Shown: piece after piece, positions 8,182-18,307 of the stretch | Layout of the letters: each line of letters opens with the position of its first letter | Position numbering within the stretch: the stretch's first letter is position 1 | Source: a virus | IMG/VR virus record: IMGVR_UViG_3300023174_000077 | Coordinates: 1-64,000 of that record | DNA length: 64,000 nt | Reading direction: 5' to 3' (one strand) | The notes under the pieces: generated by a model | The model's database searches: none | What the model was told of the DNA's origin: nothing | Seen by the model: the letters and a program-made list of their open reading frames with translations, nothing else | Made by a program: the position numbers and the translations under genes

Positions 8182-8535
8182 ATGAAATATTTAAAATTAT
8201 TTGAAAACTTCAAAATAAATGAAGATAAGTTTCACGATAACTTAAATGGATACTCACTTTTCATGAATAAGGAAAAGCAAGAAAAGTCTGGATTCGCTAA
8301 AGGTGATAAAGTTGAGTTTGACTTCAAAAAAACTGATGGTTCAATTGAGCAAACAGTAGAAGGTGTTGTTGAGAATGTTTATGGTGAGGCAGAAAATCCA
8401 GAAGATGCTAAGACAAAATTTGATTACCCAATAAAAAACTGGGCAGTAGTTGTTAGAACATCAAAATCTTTATGGCAATTTGGTTCAGATGAAAGTAAAT
8501 TCCAATGGAGCTTAAAAGATTTAAGAAAAATCTAA
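8182..8535 (+). CDS. Hypothetical protein with an MKYLKLFENF N-terminal motif (putative virion internal protein)
   Basis: ORF track; late motif upstream; terminator at 8537-8566. Confidence 0.75.
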   Translation: MKYLKLFENFKINEDKFHDNLNGYSLFMNKEKQEKSGFAKGDKVEFDFKKTDGSIEQTVEGVVENVYGEAENPEDAKTKFDYPIKNWAVVVRTSKSLWQFGSDESKFQWSLKDLRKI

Positions 8536-8660
8536 TAAAAAACCTCTCAATTTGAGAGGTTTTTTATTTTAAATATATCAAATTACTCCTCTAATTATTA
8601 TTTTAATTTATTATTAAAAAATATATTTGTTATATTTTATTTTTTTGTGTATATTTGTAT

Positions 8661-8921
8661 ATGAATATGCCTTATTATTATATCTCGAATGAAATTCCTA
8701 TATTAGTTTGTATAAATGATTCTATATCTGTAATTAGTAATAAATTTACTCACATTAAAATAGGTTCATTATGCAATACTAAGCAATTAGATTTTGGTGC
8801 TAGTTATTTGAATTATATAGGTATATTTATAGAAGGTGTATATTATGGTGCACATTCTACTAAGAATTTTGTAACATTAGGTGAGTTTCGTAATATGAGA
8901 ATTTTAGAAATTTTAAATTAA
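8661..8921 (+). CDS. Hypothetical protein
   Basis: ORF track; TATATTTG box upstream. Confidence 0.6.
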   Translation: MNMPYYYISNEIPILVCINDSISVISNKFTHIKIGSLCNTKQLDFGASYLNYIGIFIEGVYYGAHSTKNFVTLGEFRNMRILEILN

Positions 8922-8924
8922 AAT

Positions 8925-9179
8925 ATGATATTTAAGATAATGCTTGTTAATAAGCTTGATGATTTTAAGTTTGGTGAGTTATATATGTATAATAGTATGA
9001 TAACATATTATTTAGAATCTAAGAAAAAGCATTCTATATTTAATAGTAATTATGATATAATTGGATATTTGGAGTGGAATGATATTTTAGATAATTTTGT
9101 TCGTGTAGAGAATTGGGAGTCTGATTTACAATCGGTGGATAATTTATTTAATTTGTATATGGATCATAATTTAGGTTAA
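8925..9179 (+). CDS. Hypothetical protein
   Basis: ORF track; adjacent to the previous gene. Confidence 0.6.
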   Translation: MIFKIMLVNKLDDFKFGELYMYNSMITYYLESKKKHSIFNSNYDIIGYLEWNDILDNFVRVENWESDLQSVDNLFNLYMDHNLG

Positions 9180-9227
9180 TGTGGATTTTTTGTTAGGTTT
9201 GGAAAATTTCTGCTTCTTTAGGCGGTT

Positions 9228-9626
9228 TTATTTTATTAGGTAATTATGTAATAAGTTAATATCATTTAAGATTATATTTGTATAATTATTTACCATTACC
9301 CAATCTGATTTTACTGTTTTATATTCTTCTGGTAGTTCTATTATGTTTATGTTTGTGTTTGTTAGGTTTTTTTTTATATTGTTTCTATTTCTTAATTCTG
9401 TATCTGTATATATGTATAATACATTATCGAAATAAGTTTCTAGTTTATATTCAAATAGGTAAGTGCATTCTATTAATACATAAGGAGATAATTTATGTTT
9501 TTCGTAGAAATTATCTAATATAGATATATCATTATCTATTTTAATAGAAGGTATTCCAAATTTTTGGAATTCTGATAATATAAAAGATTTTCCAGAGCCT
9601 TTTTTCCCTGTTATGGCTATTTTCAT
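9228..9626 (-). CDS. coaE: Short dephospho-CoA kinase-like P-loop kinase
   Basis: KIAITGKKGSGKS, V.IE..YLFE and DNVLYIY..ELR motifs; the middle domain appears deleted. Confidence 0.55.
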   Translation of the reverse strand: MKIAITGKKGSGKSFILSEFQKFGIPSIKIDNDISILDNFYEKHKLSPYVLIECTYLFEYKLETYFDNVLYIYTDTELRNRNNIKKNLTNTNINIIELPEEYKTVKSDWVMVNNYTNIILNDINLLHNYLIK

Positions 9627-9627
9627 G

Positions 9628-12600
9628 TTATATACTTAATATTTTATATTCACTACAGTATATTTTAGCTGATATACTTCTTGGTACTTTATATACTAAT
9701 CCGTGTATTGTTATGTTTATATTATATGAATCTGATATTGTTTTTAACAATATATCATTATAGTAAATTGATATAAATTCGTTATTTAATATAACAGTTA
9801 ATAGGAAATTATTTGTATCTGGTATATCAACAATAGTTGAATAAATTGGCTCAAAAGTTGAATTTGATGTTACTTTTTCTAAATAAATATATCCTTTTAA
9901 ATCTACACCATATATTAGGTAATATCTCCAGTTACTATTGATACTATAAGCTCTAAATACAACACCGGCTCCTGAAGTAGCTTCACCTATATTATTTACT
10001 TCGAATAATGATTTTATGATGCAATTATTTTCTGTATATGTATCAAAAGTCATATAAGAGATTCTATCATTAGCGGGTCCTATATTATTTGAGCCACTTC
10101 CGATTGTACTAGTACATGTTGCTATTCTTCCACCTAATAGATTTGTGGCTGAATCAATTATCCAACTTGAATAATTATCAGTTGGAAACAGAGATTGTGA
10201 TAAACCTTGGCCCCAAAAATTGCTATTAGTAAATGTGTTTAATACAAATTGTTTATGGTCTTTTAATAATGTGGTATCTTTTGTGAAAACATCGTGGAAT
10301 AATTTTTGTTTATTTATTTCGGTAACTGGTTCCCAACCTTGCCAGTTATATACAAATTCTGTTGTTTGTGATACTGGTAGTTTAAAATTTGATTGTATAT
10401 TTTTAATATAAAGAGTATTTGCTGGGAACATATTATTTTTGAGAATTGTTCCTTGGTTTTGAATTAAAAAATCATCTGTGACAGAAGCAGTTGCGATTAA
10501 TGTTAAGATAGAGCTATCGAATATAATTTTATCATTAATATTGTTGTTATTTATAATATATGGAAAAGGTATGTCTATATTTGCTTTGTTGGCTTTTATT
10601 AGATTATTTTTAATTGTTATTTTATTCCAATATGATATTTTATTACCAGATGTTGGTCTTTTTATTTGTATTCCATATAATAGGTCATCACCTTCTATTA
10701 TATTATTTTGTATAATTATATTTTCTAGTAATTTAAGTGACCCAATTGTGGATGTTATAAAAATTCCTTGTCTTCCTGCCCCAGTTATTTGGTTTCCAGA
10801 TATTGATAAATTTCCATAATTTATGGTGCTTAAAGAGCTAGGTGTTATTGTTATTTGATATTTTATTCCGATTGAATATGGTTTATTTCTTTCTATAATT
10901 TTATTATTTGATATATTTACGTTTGCGCAATTTGAAAAATAAATTTGACCAGATATAATTGTATTACCAATTAGCGAAACGTCTTGTACAGTTTTGCCTG
11001 ATTGTGGTGTGAAATAAATTACAGTGTTTTTTTTATTTCTATTAATAATTATATTATTTTTTATTAATATTTTTTCCATATTTTTAATAGATTGGAAAAC
11101 TTCATTTCCATCAATACCTGAAATAATTATATTATCTATTAGTGTTAAATTTCTAATATTTTGAGAATAAATTCCTATGCTTTTTAATATATTTTTTGAT
11201 AATGTATAACTTTCATTTGAATCTATTGGACCTGGATCGGTTGGATTTAAGTCTGTTGCAAGACTTACTAAACTAACATCTTTACCTGAGAGTGTTATAC
11301 CTAATGAATATCTTAAAGATTTTATAAAAGTATTTTCGGTTACTAAGAATTTAGTTGGTGATTTAATTAAAGTTCCTCCTTTACCACTACCAGTTGGTTC
11401 AAAATCTATATCTTGATCATTTGCGTTAAAAAAATAATTACCTTTAATTATTATATTACCGGTGGTTGATTGTATCGTGCAGCCGCTTCTTGCTGGTGAT
11501 ATAAATTTGCAATTTATAATTTTAACATTAACTACGAATATTAAAAAAATACTATCTGATGTAGAATTTAAAAATTCTACATTTTCTATTACGATATTAT
11601 TAATAACATTTGGTATTTCTGGTGTAACTGAACCTGGTAATCCATTACCACCGTCAATTCTTATTGAGTGGCTTTGCTCACTGGTTGTAATTGCTTTATA
11701 TATATCATTATTATTTCCGTCGATTGTTAAATTATACCATTCAATATTTTTAATTGGACGATAGTTAGCGTCATTAATGTTGGTGCCACGTTTAATACAG
11801 TTGAAAATATGAGTATCCATTACGTTATCATTTGAATTTAAATAAGAATTTTTTTCTAATTTAATAATAGATGTACCCATTCCTTCACCTATAAATTTTA
11901 TATTTTGCTTAGCCTGCATATCAATACAAGCACCGTCACTGGATGGATTATAAAAAGGGTCTGTTGATTTTAGACTGGTTATAATATAGGTTCCTTTTGG
12001 TATGTATACTATACCCCCTCCTACAAAATCACAATCAGAAGAAGCGGCATTTATAGCTACTGTGTTATCTTGGCTGGAATTTTCTTCTCCTGCTCCGAAT
12101 AATTTTATATCCCAACAAGGAGTTGATTGTATATATATGTCACAATTTATTTGTAAATCTAAATTTAATGGTGAATTAAGTGCAACTGATGTTGCACTTA
12201 TAACATTTTCAACCTGTCTTATTTGTGTACTCCAAGTTCCTGGGTTAAAAATTAACCAATCACCTTTTTTAACAGAGGAATTTAAATAAATAAAATTGTC
12301 TACTCTTTGTGATTTATAGTTTGTATAATTTGAATTACTGTATAATAAAACACCATCACCAGCTATATAAGAATATTGACCATTGGAAGAAATTGAGTAT
12401 AAATTATTTTTTACTAATAATGGTGTCGTTGTTGAAATACCTGTTGTTGTATTTCTCGTGTTAAGCCATGTTATACCGCCATCTATCGTTGTTATAACAT
12501 CACCATCGCTTGCAATAATATATCCTTGTGTGGCTGATATGAATAATACATCATTGAAATTACGGTTATTAGTATTAGTACCTGCTGAAGGTGCTGGGGC

Positions 12601-13272
12601 TGATTGTGTTGCCCAAGTAACACCGCTATCAGTAGATTTTAAAATAGTGCTACTATTACCAACTGCCCAATATGATTGGGTTGTTGCTAAATAAACAGAA
12701 TTTAAATTAGATGTTAAAGATATGCTTCTTGTTAGCCAATTTGTGCCGTCGATAGTTGTTAAAATAGTACCACTATTACCTACAGCGCAACCATATAATG
12801 AGTTTTGGGAAAAATGTATATTATTTAATTGGTTAGTGATTCCACTTGATTGAGTTGCCCAAGTCAAACCACGATTGGTAGTTATTAATATTCTACCACT
12901 TGCTCCTACGCAATATCCAGTATTTTGATTTAAAAAATAAACATGAGTTAAATTGCTTGATACTATTTTAGATTGAGTTGCCCAAGTCAAACCACCATTT
13001 GTTGTTGTTAATATAACTCCGGAATCTCCGACTATACAACCTTGTGTAGCGGAAATAAATTTCACAGAATTTAAATTTGTTATTGTATATGATTCTTGTT
13101 TTTCCCATAAATATCCTGTCTTATTTGTTGACAAAATTATACCATTTTTACCGACAGCCCATGATTGTGTAGATGATAACATGTCTATTGAATAAAAAGA
13201 AGTGTTCGAAAAATCACTGTATGATTGTGCTAAATAGCCACTAAATTTAAGATTGTCTAATTTTGACCACAT
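9628..13272 (-). CDS. Tailspike-like protein: BNR/YCF48 propeller + right-handed beta-helix + C-terminal lectin-like domain
   Basis: VG.SG.IL.TT.GG.TW repeats; FGA...DNTVAINAA...GGGIVYIPKGTY; Asn-ladder beta-helix repeats. Confidence 0.75.
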   Translation of the reverse strand: MWSKLDNLKFSGYLAQSYSDFSNTSFYSIDMLSSTQSWAVGKNGIILSTNKTGYLWEKQESYTITNLNSVKFISATQGCIVGDSGVILTTTNGGLTWATQSKIVSSNLTHVYFLNQNTGYCVGASGRILITTNRGLTWATQSSGITNQLNNIHFSQNSLYGCAVGNSGTILTTIDGTNWLTRSISLTSNLNSVYLATTQSYWAVGNSSTILKSTDSGVTWATQSAPAPSAGTNTNNRNFNDVLFISATQGYIIASDGDVITTIDGGITWLNTRNTTTGISTTTPLLVKNNLYSISSNGQYSYIAGDGVLLYSNSNYTNYKSQRVDNFIYLNSSVKKGDWLIFNPGTWSTQIRQVENVISATSVALNSPLNLDLQINCDIYIQSTPCWDIKLFGAGEENSSQDNTVAINAASSDCDFVGGGIVYIPKGTYIITSLKSTDPFYNPSSDGACIDMQAKQNIKFIGEGMGTSIIKLEKNSYLNSNDNVMDTHIFNCIKRGTNINDANYRPIKNIEWYNLTIDGNNNDIYKAITTSEQSHSIRIDGGNGLPGSVTPEIPNVINNIVIENVEFLNSTSDSIFLIFVVNVKIINCKFISPARSGCTIQSTTGNIIIKGNYFFNANDQDIDFEPTGSGKGGTLIKSPTKFLVTENTFIKSLRYSLGITLSGKDVSLVSLATDLNPTDPGPIDSNESYTLSKNILKSIGIYSQNIRNLTLIDNIIISGIDGNEVFQSIKNMEKILIKNNIIINRNKKNTVIYFTPQSGKTVQDVSLIGNTIISGQIYFSNCANVNISNNKIIERNKPYSIGIKYQITITPSSLSTINYGNLSISGNQITGAGRQGIFITSTIGSLKLLENIIIQNNIIEGDDLLYGIQIKRPTSGNKISYWNKITIKNNLIKANKANIDIPFPYIINNNNINDKIIFDSSILTLIATASVTDDFLIQNQGTILKNNMFPANTLYIKNIQSNFKLPVSQTTEFVYNWQGWEPVTEINKQKLFHDVFTKDTTLLKDHKQFVLNTFTNSNFWGQGLSQSLFPTDNYSSWIIDSATNLLGGRIATCTSTIGSGSNNIGPANDRISYMTFDTYTENNCIIKSLFEVNNIGEATSGAGVVFRAYSINSNWRYYLIYGVDLKGYIYLEKVTSNSTFEPIYSTIVDIPDTNNFLLTVILNNEFISIYYNDILLKTISDSYNINITIHGLVYKVPRSISAKIYCSEYKILSI

Positions 13273-13274
13273 AA

Positions 13275-16196
13275 TTATATTAATATTTTAAAATTTTTGC
13301 AGAAATAGTCTGTGCTTGATGTACCAATTGATATTATGCCATGTTTTGATTGTGTACTAAATTGAGAATCTTTTGTAGTTGAAATTAAAAAATCATTATA
13401 AAAGGTTGATATATAATCGCCTTTTAAAATAACTTTTAATCCAAATAAATTTGAGTTATCAAAACTAACAATGCTTTGTGTCATATTATATAAACTACCT
13501 GATATAAATTTATCTAATGATACTGAATATGTTGGATTGTTATTTTGAAATTTAAATATCCAATAATTATTAATATCTAAATATCTGAATACTAATCCAA
13601 CCTGTGTATTTGAATTTTGAATTGATCTAAATAACGATTTTAATGTCGCATCTGCTTTTAAACTTGAAGATGTAAATGATAAAATGGCAATAGCTTTTGA
13701 ATCAGCAATTGGGTAAGATTCACGATTATTATTAATAGACCATGTGCCACTTACAACTGACCAATTATTAGTATTTGAATTGAATATAGTATTAGAAGGT
13801 GTGCGACCGTTTATAGTGTTTATAGATGTTGTATCAAAAGTGTCAGAAATTAACAACTGTTTATCAATTTCTGATTGTAATATCCAGCCAGATTTATATA
13901 AATTTCCTAATTTTATATATGTATTGTCAAATTTTTTTGTTTTATCGATAGCAATTGAAGCATTTGGAGCATCTATTCTAGAATTAGGATCTGAATTTAC
14001 TATCCATGTTTGTAAATAATCTGTTTTTTCTGTTAAGTAATCAACCGAAATTTGTATATTTGAATATGTTGCGTTATTAATTGAATTATTACTAGAAATT
14101 ATTAAATCATTATAAAAATTAGAAGATGTTGCTATCAAAATTCCATATTTCATCGAATCAACTATTCTAGATATTTGATATGTAGAATTTGTTTCAGGAA
14201 TTGTATTCCAAATACCATCTATTGTTAACATATTTGTAGAATTGTTAGATAATATTGAATATGACTCTCCAAGTGAATTGCCAGAAATAATTGTTACTAA
14301 ATAATTACTCCACATATTTGATATCCAATTTCGTGATGATTTAGAATCTGTTAATGTATTTTTATCATTATAAAGATTCATAACTGAATAAGTTATATCT
14401 GTTGTAAAATCTATTGCTGAGCCATTTGCAGAATTTGATAACTGAAATGAATTTGAAGTAGAGTTAATAATATAATATATTGGACTCCATTTTCCGTCAT
14501 TTAATTGCGCACTAGATAATCCACCGCCCCCTGATATATTTGAAAAGTAAACTAAATCATTATTTTTAAAAGAGTGAGTTGCGGAATTTAATATATTTGT
14601 TGATTGTGATCCAGAAACACTTGCTGTATAACGATTGCTAGCATATGATGCAGCTGCTACACTACCGGTGATATACACACCATTTTTTAATCCTTGTATT
14701 ATATTATCAGATATCAATATATTTGTTAATTTATAATTAGTATTATCGCAATTTATAGTTATGCCATTACCTGTTATATCAATAAATTGATTACTAACTA
14801 TATTTAAATAACCCCAATTTAGTAAATTATATTTAGTTGGGTCTTCTGATATCTGATAGTATAATCCATTGGCATTTATTGAGTTTCTTTTTATTTTATT
14901 ATTTGTGAAATTAATATTTGATGCGTTTGATATAAAAGCTCCACCATTTTCTATAATATTTCCTGAAATAAACATATCTTTAGAGGTATAATATTTGCTA
15001 TTTTCTTCAGACTTAAAATCAGATATATTGATAGCATAGTCATTTTTTCCTTTATTTACGATGATATTTCCTTGTATATTTAATGATTCGGTATTTTTAG
15101 AAATTTTTAAAACAGGTATATTTTGTGTATTGCTAACTATTAAATTATTGTTTAATATAATATTTCTGCAATTTTCTAAATATAAATTAGAACCATTAAA
15201 AGCATTATTAGATATGATAAAATTTTCGCTAATTGAATTTAAGTTAGAAGTATCGTCTAAAAAAATAGAATAGGTTCCTTGAAAATATTTTGTAAAAATA
15301 TTTTCAGTAATAGTATTTGTATTCAAACTTGGATAATTATTATTATTTAGATAAATATCATTTTGTTCATTTTCAATAAATGAATTTCCAATTATATTTA
15401 CCTCTGATGTTTGTCCTGTAATTAATATTCCATTTAACTTTGAATATTTGATATTGCATGTTTTTATGTCAAGGTTATAAAATGAACTAATTCTTATACC
15501 ATTTTTAGGAGCGTTTAAAATTTCAATATTTTCGATTAAAAATCTTTGACCCATATTAGAATCTATACAATTTGATAAATTACCTAAATTGGTAGCGTTT
15601 AGATTATTTCCATCGATAGATAGATTGGCAAATCTTATATTAATTGCGTTAGTTGCTAAAAAAATACTCACATTACTTTCAAAATAATTATCATTATCCA
15701 AAATAATATTAGTAACCGACACCCCATCGCCTAATATATTTATATTTGATTTTCCAATTAAATCAATACATCCAGCAATAGATGATTTTTTATTAACATA
15801 ATAGTTACCCTTTGGTAAATAAACAATACCACCACCATTCAGATTGCAATCATTTATAGCATTATTTATAGAATCTCTATTATTAGAACTAACCAATGGT
15901 GAAGAATTGTTTCCTATTAAAGGTGTTGCTCCAAATAAAGTAACATCCCATGTAGGATATGATTGTATATAAATAATACCAGAAGTGTGTATATTTTTAA
16001 GACTTGGTGAAACTATAATTTGATTAGTTGTTGAATTGACGCTAATAATATTTCTTATTTCACAATTTTGGGTAAATGGTTCTATAGTTACCCATTTATT
16101 GGTATCTATATATGAAAAAGAACCAACTTGTAAAGTTGTTGTTGTGCTTGTTTCTGATATGTATGAAAAGGTTGTACTATCTATTTTAGACCACAT
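13275..16196 (-). CDS. Tailspike-like beta-helix protein, paralogue of 9628-13272
   Basis: FGA...INNAI...GGGIVYLPKGNY; shared MWSK.D start and GLVFR...HGI...C..FKIL end. Confidence 0.75.
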   Translation of the reverse strand: MWSKIDSTTFSYISETSTTTTLQVGSFSYIDTNKWVTIEPFTQNCEIRNIISVNSTTNQIIVSPSLKNIHTSGIIYIQSYPTWDVTLFGATPLIGNNSSPLVSSNNRDSINNAINDCNLNGGGIVYLPKGNYYVNKKSSIAGCIDLIGKSNINILGDGVSVTNIILDNDNYFESNVSIFLATNAINIRFANLSIDGNNLNATNLGNLSNCIDSNMGQRFLIENIEILNAPKNGIRISSFYNLDIKTCNIKYSKLNGILITGQTSEVNIIGNSFIENEQNDIYLNNNNYPSLNTNTITENIFTKYFQGTYSIFLDDTSNLNSISENFIISNNAFNGSNLYLENCRNIILNNNLIVSNTQNIPVLKISKNTESLNIQGNIIVNKGKNDYAINISDFKSEENSKYYTSKDMFISGNIIENGGAFISNASNINFTNNKIKRNSINANGLYYQISEDPTKYNLLNWGYLNIVSNQFIDITGNGITINCDNTNYKLTNILISDNIIQGLKNGVYITGSVAAASYASNRYTASVSGSQSTNILNSATHSFKNNDLVYFSNISGGGGLSSAQLNDGKWSPIYYIINSTSNSFQLSNSANGSAIDFTTDITYSVMNLYNDKNTLTDSKSSRNWISNMWSNYLVTIISGNSLGESYSILSNNSTNMLTIDGIWNTIPETNSTYQISRIVDSMKYGILIATSSNFYNDLIISSNNSINNATYSNIQISVDYLTEKTDYLQTWIVNSDPNSRIDAPNASIAIDKTKKFDNTYIKLGNLYKSGWILQSEIDKQLLISDTFDTTSINTINGRTPSNTIFNSNTNNWSVVSGTWSINNNRESYPIADSKAIAILSFTSSSLKADATLKSLFRSIQNSNTQVGLVFRYLDINNYWIFKFQNNNPTYSVSLDKFISGSLYNMTQSIVSFDNSNLFGLKVILKGDYISTFYNDFLISTTKDSQFSTQSKHGIISIGTSSTDYFCKNFKILI

Positions 16197-16212
16197 ATAT
16201 TTAATTTTTTTT

Positions 16213-18249
16213 TTAGTAGTTTATACCATCTATTTGAACTAGTGGATAATAATTATTAAATGGAATACTTGTTTTTTTGAATGTTATAAAATCAGCTTTT
16301 GTATTTATATAAAAATTATTTGTTCTCATTATTAATTGATAATTGGAATTAATGTTTGTGGTATTAACATTTGTTGTAAACCCAAATGTCGCACCTGTTG
16401 ACAAATATAAAGATATAGGAATATTATTAAAGCCAATAATAGAAGATATAATATTATTGCTGTTATTACTATTTACATATATAATGCCCGCCCAATTTGA
16501 ATTTGTATTTCCGCACAATGTTAGCGTAGAGTCGGTTAATAAAATTGTTTTATCAAAAGTAGAATATTCGTTGGTTATTGATTTATTTATAAAACTTGAA
16601 TTTGAGGGGAATATAAATTCATAAGAATTAGAATTATTATATGTATAGTTACAATAATTATGGTAATAAGAAGATGTTAAACTAATGGTTGATTTAAACC
16701 CAAGATCAAAATTAGAACCTATTATATTTCCTTTGTTATAGTCATGATTTATATTTACATTATTTGAGTATTTACCAATTAATTGACCAGAATTATAATT
16801 AGCAGATATAGTTGAATTTTTTACATCAATATCTATTATTCCCGAATTATAATTAATATTTATAGTATTAGAATTACCATTTACATTAAGTGTTATACTT
16901 CCGGTATTATTAAAAAGAGATACATTTGAATTTGTGCCAGAAATATTTCCTGTTATAATTCCTGTATTATTTAATATATTTACAATACTACTAGAAGAAT
17001 TTATTTTAAAATCATGAACATTATTATTACCAAATTGAAATGTATTAAAACTTGAGTTGTTAACTAAATTATTACGTTTATCCATACGATATAATACTTC
17101 ATCATTTTCAAAATCATAAATAATTCTATCCCATTCTAAAATATAAGAACTTGTTCCTAATAATACATAAGCAGATGTATTTATAGTAGGATTTGTTCCA
17201 TTTAATTGATTAATATTAAATAGTTTATATTGGTTTTGTCCATTAAAAAAATATACATCATTATTAGCTGGACCAGATATAAAAGTTAAGAATGCTGTTA
17301 CATTGGAAGAAACTCCTTCTATATATTTTGCATCATTTATATTAGCATTGGTATTTTTTATACTTAATGTATGGTTATTGTATGATGCTAATACTCCAGT
17401 TGCTAAATAATCATTATTTTGTCCATAAACTAAAACACTTTCGTTTAAAAACATAGTTGATATGCTACTATCGTTTGTTACAATACTTTGAATAAGTACT
17501 GGTGAAATTGTTATTTGACTATGAAATATAAATGTATTATTATTATCAAATACGTTTATCCAGTTTTCAGAAGTATTCTCAGCTGGTGTTATATCCAAAT
17601 AACCATCTCCAATACCAGTAATTATACCAGCTATTACGAATACATTTGTAAAACTAAAAATACTTAAATTATCACCTGGATGTAATCCAGTTAAAGTTGT
17701 TTGTGTATAAAATCTAACTATATAATAATTTGTATGACTAAACAAAAAATATTCACTAGAAGCAGTCCAAGTACCTTTATTTACTTGATTTTGATAATTG
17801 GGTACATAATAGCCACCACGAGCATCACTACTTATGCTTTGAGTAGAAGCTGCGTAAACTATTATGCCAGTATCAGCTTTATCTTTTATTATGTAATATG
17901 AATTTTCTTTTAATTGATTATTTGTTTGTAAAGTTTTTAAATTAGTATAATTTGTTTCAGTGGTTATTGAAGCAGAATCAAATTTATTATCCACATATTT
18001 TTTAGAAGGTATTGATAAATCACCCCATTCTTGATTAAGTGTTGGATCAGATGTATAACGAGCTAATGCTGTGCCTTGAAATTCTATATTAGTTGTAAAA
18101 ATATAACTTGTATTATCCGCATTATATGTCAATGGCGAAGATTGTTGTATAGGTATCGGATTTCCATTACCATCATATAATTGTCCATTTATATATTGCG
18201 TTAATCTTGGATATATTTCTGGAACAAGTTGATATATTTTTTGTGGCAT
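16213..18249 (-). CDS. Putative tail fibre/virion protein
   Basis: KKYVD motif, TNYTNLKTL...L....YYII.D motif, N/S/T-rich; late motif upstream. Confidence 0.55.
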   Translation of the reverse strand: MPQKIYQLVPEIYPRLTQYINGQLYDGNGNPIPIQQSSPLTYNADNTSYIFTTNIEFQGTALARYTSDPTLNQEWGDLSIPSKKYVDNKFDSASITTETNYTNLKTLQTNNQLKENSYYIIKDKADTGIIVYAASTQSISSDARGGYYVPNYQNQVNKGTWTASSEYFLFSHTNYYIVRFYTQTTLTGLHPGDNLSIFSFTNVFVIAGIITGIGDGYLDITPAENTSENWINVFDNNNTFIFHSQITISPVLIQSIVTNDSSISTMFLNESVLVYGQNNDYLATGVLASYNNHTLSIKNTNANINDAKYIEGVSSNVTAFLTFISGPANNDVYFFNGQNQYKLFNINQLNGTNPTINTSAYVLLGTSSYILEWDRIIYDFENDEVLYRMDKRNNLVNNSSFNTFQFGNNNVHDFKINSSSSIVNILNNTGIITGNISGTNSNVSLFNNTGSITLNVNGNSNTININYNSGIIDIDVKNSTISANYNSGQLIGKYSNNVNINHDYNKGNIIGSNFDLGFKSTISLTSSYYHNYCNYTYNNSNSYEFIFPSNSSFINKSITNEYSTFDKTILLTDSTLTLCGNTNSNWAGIIYVNSNNSNNIISSIIGFNNIPISLYLSTGATFGFTTNVNTTNINSNYQLIMRTNNFYINTKADFITFKKTSIPFNNYYPLVQIDGINY

Positions 18250-18307
18250 ATATTATATATTAATTAATAAATTTTGAAACAAAAGAAAATTTATTAGTAT
18301 AAACCTC

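Noticed and set aside
10220-17901. Multiple plus-strand ORFs inside the tailspike/fibre genes
   Set aside because: Antisense shadows of long minus-strand genes with no recognisable motifs
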